From Nanobdellati archaeon (GTDB lineage: Archaea > B1Sed10-29 > JAGVWA01): a stretch of 64,000 bases of DNA. The translations under genes were made by a program, and so were the position numbers. The stretch spans positions 1 through 64,000 of the forward strand of contig JAGVWA010000002.1 of assembly GCA_018304505.1 (NCBI GenBank), given 5' to 3'. The first letter of the stretch is position 1. Every line of letters begins with the position of its first letter. Below, piece after piece: positions 58,405-64,000 of the stretch. Below the pieces are notes generated by a model, which had not been told where the DNA came from, ran no database searches, and saw only the letters and a program-made list of their open reading frames with translations.

Positions 58405-59730
58405 ATGTACTCAAAACAATTAGAGAAAGTCTTAAAGGACAACAAAATCGCTGTCGGCGATCCAATACAGATAGAAAAGCACAAGAAGCTCTACCAGGGA
58501 GTGCTAATGCCGGGCACGGAAACGCAAGCAAACGACACACTTATGATCAAACTCGTGAACGGCTACAACGTAGGCATTAGCATTGACGCAACAACAAGGA
58601 TCACAAAATCAGCACATCCAAAGCAAGAAAAAGAAAAACACGAGCATCGAAAGCAGGACAAGACAAAGCCATCAATTTCTTTGGTCAGCACTGGTGGCAC
58701 CATCGCGAGCCGTGTTGACTACACTACCGGCGGGGTTTCCCCGGCACTAGACGCGCACGAAATCATTGATAGCATTCCAGAACTCTTGGACTTTGTTTAC
58801 ATCGCGGACATGACAAACCCGATGAATGTGGCAAGCGAAGACATACTCCCAAGTGACTGGCAAAACTTGGCAAAGGAACTTGAAAAAAAGCTAAACAGCG
58901 ACATTGAAGGAGTTGTGGTGACGCACGGAACCGACACGATGCACTACACCACAGCTGCAATGTCATTTATGCTCGACACGCCGAAGCCCGTTGTCTTTGT
59001 TGGATCGCAGAGGTCGAGCGACAGGCCGAGCAGCGACGCGTCAATGAATCTGCTCTGCGCATCATACCTAGCCGGCTACAGTGACATCGCCGAGATTGGG
59101 GTTTGCATGCACGCGAACACCAGCGATTCATTCTGTTTGTTCAACCGAGGAACTAAAGTAAAAAAGCTCCACACCTCCCGCCGCGATGCATTCAGGCCGA
59201 TAAATGACCTTCCATTGGCGAGGGTTTTCCCGCACGGCGAAATCAGCATCCTGAACAAGAATTACAAAAAGAAATCCGATGACGCTAAAGCACGGGCGAT
59301 GACGAAATTCGAGGACAAGGTCGCGATCATCAAAGCTTACCCCGGATGCGACCCTGAAATCATAGACCACTACGTGTCAAAAGGTTACCGTGGCCTAGTT
59401 GTAGAAGCGACAGGCCTCGGGCACGTGCCGACGAACAGCAAAAAGAGTTGGAAGGCAAGCATCCAAAGCGCCATCAAAAAAGACGTCATTGTCGCCTTCG
59501 CGCCGCAGACACAATACGGTCGCCTCGACCCGAACGTGTACGCCAACGGCAGAATAATGAAAGACAGCGGTGTTGTATATTGCGAAGACATGCTGCCAGA
59601 AACAGCGTACGTCAAGTTGGGCTGGCTGCTCGGAAACTACAAAAATATCGATGAGGCCAGACAGCTGATGGCACAGAACCTTAAGGGTGAAATCACTGCC
59701 CGGACGTTGCCGGAGACTTTTTTGTACTAA
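58405..59730 (+). CDS. gatD: glutamyl-tRNA(Gln) amidotransferase subunit D
   Basis: KLVNGYNVG, STGGTIASRVDY, HGTDTMHY, GSQRSSDRPSSD, HTSRRDAF. Confidence 0.97.
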   Translation: MYSKQLEKVLKDNKIAVGDPIQIEKHKKLYQGVLMPGTETQANDTLMIKLVNGYNVGISIDATTRITKSAHPKQEKEKHEHRKQDKTKPSISLVSTGGTIASRVDYTTGGVSPALDAHEIIDSIPELLDFVYIADMTNPMNVASEDILPSDWQNLAKELEKKLNSDIEGVVVTHGTDTMHYTTAAMSFMLDTPKPVVFVGSQRSSDRPSSDASMNLLCASYLAGYSDIAEIGVCMHANTSDSFCLFNRGTKVKKLHTSRRDAFRPINDLPLARVFPHGEISILNKNYKKKSDDAKARAMTKFEDKVAIIKAYPGCDPEIIDHYVSKGYRGLVVEATGLGHVPTNSKKSWKASIQSAIKKDVIVAFAPQTQYGRLDPNVYANGRIMKDSGVVYCEDMLPETAYVKLGWLLGNYKNIDEARQLMAQNLKGEITARTLPETFLY

Positions 59731-59742
59731 CTAACTCAAAGT

Positions 59743-60206
59743 ATGGGATTCAAAAAAATGATAATAGGACTCACCGGCTTGGCGCTATCAGGAAAAGACC
59801 AAGTCGCGAAGCATCTACAAGACAAATACGGCTACAGGATGCTTGTTTTTAGCGATGAACTCAAAAATGAAGTGGAAGCAAAAGGCTTGGAAATGACTAA
59901 AATGAACAAGTAAATAGTAGGGGATGAATTAAGAGACGCGGAAGGTCCAGCAGGCGCGGCAAAGCAGATCCGGATGACATCGACTCATTCATGGCGCGCG
60001 ATGAAAGGGACATCCAGAACAAGGGGCTCGACAAGGTAATCCGCATGGTGGATTACAAGCTCATCAACAATGGCACAATCGAAACACTGCACTGCGACAT
60101 TGAACTCCTATTTGAGGAACTTGAAAAGGAAGAAATCACCCTAGGGGATTTAACCGATGTTGGTGTAAACTGGTTTAAACCAGTGAACGTTGCAAAAACC
60201 GCTTAA
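59743..60206 (+). pseudogene. P-loop nucleotide/dephospho-CoA kinase-like pseudogene
   Basis: IIGLTGLALSGKD...FSD, in-frame TAA at 59911, then a frame change near 59970 into FMARDERD...GL...DY.L.NNGT; central part missing. Confidence 0.8.
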
Positions 60207-60702
60207 AGGAAGCCATGCACAAATAACGGCATGGCTTATTATTTCGATAAGCATCTGGATCGCGTTTTTAAGGTCACAGGACCTGCTTGAGGAAAACCCT
60301 GTAAGTCCGTATGGCGAATGGTTTTCTGAAGAAGCGGCAATGTGGTTTGATTACATTGAGAAGAAAAATGAGATGTTGTACGTGTCGTCAATTATTCAGG
60401 ATGAAATAAAAAACTTCGATATGGAAAATGGCACTAATCTCGTTGGTCCGTATTTTGAGAAGTGCGGGGACTTTTATGTGGTCGATAAACTAAAGGTAAT
60501 TGAGCCGACAGTTAATGAGAGGGGCCTTGCAAGGTCAAATAACCGTGTGTATAAGATAGGGTATGATGATTGTCTACAAGGTGCCATGATAAAGAACAAT
60601 AACCTAATTGGGGTTAGTGCTGACAAACATTGGGTTAAACTCTCACGGTTTGAGAACTTCATTTTTTATTTCGTGACTGAGATACATAATTTCTCTTTCT
60701 AG
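60190..60702 (+). CDS. hypothetical protein with N-terminal hydrophobic segment
   Basis: AT-rich 170-aa ORF, TTG start uncertain. Confidence 0.45.
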   Translation: MQKPLKGSHAQITAWLIISISIWIAFLRSQDLLEENPVSPYGEWFSEEAAMWFDYIEKKNEMLYVSSIIQDEIKNFDMENGTNLVGPYFEKCGDFYVVDKLKVIEPTVNERGLARSNNRVYKIGYDDCLQGAMIKNNNLIGVSADKHWVKLSRFENFIFYFVTEIHNFSF

Positions 60703-60994
60703 CCTCAAGCCGTGCCATGGTTTCATTGTGTATCTTTGAATGCTCCGCAGCCATAAGTTCAATCATCTTGTCCTCGTCACCGCCAGCGCGCTTCAGGTAG
60801 TCCTGTTCCATTCTGCGTCTGATTTCCCGCACCTCTTTTACCAGGGGGTCATTTTCCAACGCCAGGATCCTTGCCCGGGCAGCTTCGCGGATGAACTCCG
60901 AGCGGGTACCGTAGTGCTTTTCAACATACCAGTCTATATCGCTTACCAAGTTTGTTGGTAGCCTTACCTGCACTGCAGTTGTTCGTGATGACAT
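60659..60994 (-). CDS. ribbon-helix-helix (CopG/NikR-like) protein
   Basis: AVQVRLPTNLVSDID..V...YGTRSEFIREAAR. Confidence 0.85.
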   Translation of the reverse strand: MSSRTTAVQVRLPTNLVSDIDWYVEKHYGTRSEFIREAARARILALENDPLVKEVREIRRRMEQDYLKRAGGDEDKMIELMAAEHSKIHNETMARLEARKRNYVSQSRNKK

Positions 60995-61022
60995 ATGCAT
61001 CCCCATTAGCGAGGCACACAAA

Positions 61023-61062
61023 GTGTACTCCATTTGTATACCAAATGTATACTATTTGTATC
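61023..61062. promoter_or_regulatory. 11-bp periodic TGTATAC repeats, candidate RHH operator
   Basis: TGTATAC at 61035 and 61046, TGTATC at 61057, directly upstream of the RHH gene. Confidence 0.5.
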
Positions 61063-61139
61063 GCTGCTGTTTTATATACCATTCGGTGCAGAACGCTTAA
61101 TATATCTCAAGCTCCATCTTTAACAACAAGGATGAGAGC

Positions 61140-62993
61140 ATGGATTACAAAAAACTCGGACTGAAGGCAGGCCTGGAATTCCACCAGCGGCTCGACACGC
61201 ACAAGCTGTTCTGCAATTGTTCCTCGGTCCTGGAAGAAAATCCCAGCGTTGAATTCACGCGCCGCCTCCGCCCAACAGCCAGCGAACTAGGCAAGGTCGA
61301 TCCGGCAGCCCTCAACGAATTTTTATCCAAAAAGACGTTCAACTATCAAGGCTTCGAAAACAGCGTCTGCCTTGTGGAGCAAGATGAAGAGCCGCCGCAC
61401 GAAGTCAACAAACAAGCGCTCGAAATCGCGCTCAAAATCGGTCTAATGCTGGACATGAACTTTTTCGACCAAGTTCAAGTAATGAGGAAAACAGTCATCG
61501 ACGGCTCAAACACTGCAGGTTTCCAGCGAACCATGATGTTGGGCCACAACGGCGAGCTGAAAACGCCGTACGGCGAGGTTGGAATTCTCGGAATCTTTTT
61601 GGAAGAGGAATCGTCTGGCATCGTTGGCGAAAAAGGCAAGGCGGCGTACCGCCTCGACCGCTTGGGCATACCGTTAATCGAAATCGCCACAGACCTCATT
61701 CCAGAACCCACACCGGAAAAAGTAAAAGACGTGGCGCTATATCTCGGTTCACTGTTGCGGACCACACGGCAAGTCCAACGGGGGCAGGGCACGATAAGGC
61801 AGGACGTCAACATCTCGATCAAGGACGGCGCGCGCGTCGAGCTAAAGGGCGTTCAGGATATACGCATGCTTGAGCAGGTAATTGAATTCGAAGTACAGCG
61901 ACAGCTCAAACTCCTGGAACTAAAAGATGAAATGAAAAAGCGCAAGCTGGAAAAGCCGAAGGTAAAGCCAATAGACGTAACAGAAATATTCCGGGACACA
62001 AAGAACGAGTTCATAAAAAAAGCAATACATTCCAACGGGGTCGTCAAGCTTCTAGTTCTCAAGAATTACAAAGGAGTCATTGGCGCCGAGCTAAATCCCA
62101 ACAGAAGGTTCGGAAGCGAATTAGGTGATTATGCAAAAGCAGTAGGCGTCGGGGGCATAATTCACACCGATGAAAACTTAGGTAAGTACAAGATCCAAAA
62201 CGAAGTTCTTGAAATCGTCGCCAAGAATAAACTTGAAGAAAGCGATGCATTCATTCTCATCGCCGAGTCAGAAGACAAAGTCGACAACGCGTTCAATGCA
62301 ATCAGCAAGAGGATCGGTGCAGCGTTCAGCGAAATTCCAAATGAGACACGTAATGTGATGCCTGATGGGGTTTCAATGTACATGAGGCCACTGGCAGGGG
62401 CCTCGCGAATGTATCCTGAAACCGACATCTCGTATGTGAACATCACACAGAAAATGCTAGGCGAGCTGAAAAAGCAGCTGCCTAAGACGCCTGAACAGAT
62501 CTCGGCAGAGCTTGAAAAGAAACACCGCTTGTCGAAACAGCTAGCGGGGATTATGATGCTGTCAAAGAACTATGAACTCTTTGAATCACTTGTTGGAAAA
62601 GGACACGACGCAAGGCTCGTGGCTCCGACACTCGAATACACATTGACTGAATTAAGGCGGCAGGGCGTCGACGTTGAAGTGTTTACTGAAGCGCATTTTG
62701 ACGCGCTCTTCAAAGCACTTAAGGAAAACAAGTTCGCAAAAGAAGCCATTCCAAAGGTACTCGCTGCGTGGGCCAGCAAGCCTCACTATAATATAGTGCA
62801 GGTCATCGAAGAAGCAGGGCTTGGGGGGGTTTCAGAAAAGGAAATCCGCGACTATGCTGTCGGGGCAATGAAGAAAATCGACACCAGCGGGCCTAGGGCG
62901 TTTAACATGCTCATGGGTGATTTAATGAAGAAGTACCGTGGCAAGGCCGACGGCGCGTTGATTGCGCGGATCGCGAAAGAGGTATTAAGTTAG
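61140..62993 (+). CDS. gatE: glutamyl-tRNA(Gln) amidotransferase subunit E
   Basis: GLEFHQRL..KLFC, DEEPP, MRKTVIDGSNTAGFQRT, LDRLGIPLIEI, GTIRQDVN, RMYPETD. Confidence 0.97.
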   Translation: MDYKKLGLKAGLEFHQRLDTHKLFCNCSSVLEENPSVEFTRRLRPTASELGKVDPAALNEFLSKKTFNYQGFENSVCLVEQDEEPPHEVNKQALEIALKIGLMLDMNFFDQVQVMRKTVIDGSNTAGFQRTMMLGHNGELKTPYGEVGILGIFLEEESSGIVGEKGKAAYRLDRLGIPLIEIATDLIPEPTPEKVKDVALYLGSLLRTTRQVQRGQGTIRQDVNISIKDGARVELKGVQDIRMLEQVIEFEVQRQLKLLELKDEMKKRKLEKPKVKPIDVTEIFRDTKNEFIKKAIHSNGVVKLLVLKNYKGVIGAELNPNRRFGSELGDYAKAVGVGGIIHTDENLGKYKIQNEVLEIVAKNKLEESDAFILIAESEDKVDNAFNAISKRIGAAFSEIPNETRNVMPDGVSMYMRPLAGASRMYPETDISYVNITQKMLGELKKQLPKTPEQISAELEKKHRLSKQLAGIMMLSKNYELFESLVGKGHDARLVAPTLEYTLTELRRQGVDVEVFTEAHFDALFKALKENKFAKEAIPKVLAAWASKPHYNIVQVIEEAGLGGVSEKEIRDYAVGAMKKIDTSGPRAFNMLMGDLMKKYRGKADGALIARIAKEVLS

Positions 62994-63134
62994 GGTTCCT
63001 TTTTTATTTATGAATAAGCAAGGTATTCTCCGGGGCCTTACGGAAAAGCGTAAGGTTCAAAAGGCCAGCCGACAAAACGTATGTTTTTTAAAAAGAACAA
63101 AATTGCACTTTTTGTTCTTTATATAGAACAGTTC

Positions 63135-63998
63135 TCAAGCAGCTTCTTGCAAAACCTGAAGCATCTCGCACTTCTTGCACACCAGGGAGCTTGTCAGCTC
63201 GCCGCATTTTTCGCACTGCAACGGCGCAGAGATGTTTTCAAGCCCACTTTGCAGTATCGGCAGCATCCGGTCGTACGCGTTCAGTATGCCGAATTTTGTT
63301 CCAGGGCGCTTTTCTTCCATTTGGTTCATGAAGTTCCGGATATCTCTACGGAACGCGTCAGTGCTGTACGGGCACTCGATGTCATCGTACTCGATTCCGT
63401 TAACCAGTGCATAGACCACGTTTTCTTTTTCCGGCGAGTCGCGCAGCGGTTTTATTCTGGGAACGAAAAGCTCATTTTCTACCAAGCCCGCTACTGGCCC
63501 TGTGCGCGCCATCCGCTGCACTTCGCCGCGGAAGAAGTTCATTAGTATTACTTGGACCTCATCATCAAGGTTGTGCCCTGTAGCCAACTTAGTCATTCCA
63601 AGTTCCCGTGCAGTCCGGTTTAACTGTTCACGCCTGAACACGCCGCAGTAGCTGCACGCGGGTTTCGCTGGGTCACGCTTTCTCGCATCATCAATCGTTA
63701 TGCCGTACTGGTCTTTGTTGCGTACGATGGTTAGCGGAATTTCACGCTGTTCGCAAAACCGCTCCACGTAAGGAATGGTCTTGTCCCTGTATCCGGAAAT
63801 GCCTTCATCAACACAAATTGCGTTCACGTCGTAATGCATGTCCTTCAGCACGTACAGCGTCACGAGTGAGTCCTTGCCACCGGAAACGCCGACGCCTACT
63901 TTGTCGTGGCGCGAGAGCATGTTGTTCCGTACAATGTTTCTTTTCACGCGCTGCCAGTAGTACCTTGAAAAGCAGTAGCTACAGAGCTGTTTCTGCAT
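63135..63998 (-). CDS. tRNA 2-thiolation protein (TtuA/Ncs6 family), 5' end beyond the window
   Basis: PP-loop SGGKDS, DEGI.GYR, CSYCGVFRR, TGHNLDDE, PRIKPL, CPY, C-terminal CxxC..CxxC. Confidence 0.93.
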   Translation of the reverse strand: MQKQLCSYCFSRYYWQRVKRNIVRNNMLSRHDKVGVGVSGGKDSLVTLYVLKDMHYDVNAICVDEGISGYRDKTIPYVERFCEQREIPLTIVRNKDQYGITIDDARKRDPAKPACSYCGVFRREQLNRTARELGMTKLATGHNLDDEVQVILMNFFRGEVQRMARTGPVAGLVENELFVPRIKPLRDSPEKENVVYALVNGIEYDDIECPYSTDAFRRDIRNFMNQMEEKRPGTKFGILNAYDRMLPILQSGLENISAPLQCEKCGELTSSLVCKKCEMLQVLQEAA

Positions 63999-64000
63999 GT

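Noticed and set aside
4980-59913. Stop-codon reassignment suggested by two in-frame TAA codons (4980, 59911)
   Set aside because: Many conserved genes end properly in TAA, and the kinase has a second independent lesion
63036-63055. Hairpin CCTTACG-GAAAAG-CGTAAGG between gatE and the thiolase gene
   Set aside because: A single short stem between convergent genes; not enough to call an RNA or element

Overview
Archaeal chromosome segment. GatDE, a family B polymerase, archaeal CCA-adding enzyme, Elp3, TATA-box promoters and class III signal peptides support this. The gene set and unknown families suggest a DPANN lineage (Iainarchaeota/Micrarchaeota-like), which is an inference. About 1-20 kb is a type IV pilus-like locus: seven pilin-like genes, one unannotated micro-ORF, a TadC platform, a VirB11-type ATPase, an archaeosortase, a sortase-substrate-like protein and a 2611-aa surface protein. 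About 21.5-29.4 kb is an uncharacterised run of small paralogous membrane proteins, a secreted Cys-rich protein, two coiled-coil proteins and a HerA/VirB4-like protein with eroded Walker motifs. After polB, 31.8-39.5 kb is a surface-protein island with seven copies of one basic, probably disulfide-capped discoidin-like domain, arranged with mirror symmetry around a pilin and an M64-type metallopeptidase. About 40-64 kb is mostly tRNA/translation housekeeping, plus apparent pseudoenzymes (NrdD-like, transglutaminase-like) and a kinase pseudogene. Several small accessory cassettes (toxin-antitoxin modules, an AAA+ ATPase) are flanked by duplicated gene ends or promoters. All family calls come from reading motifs by eye; no searches were run.
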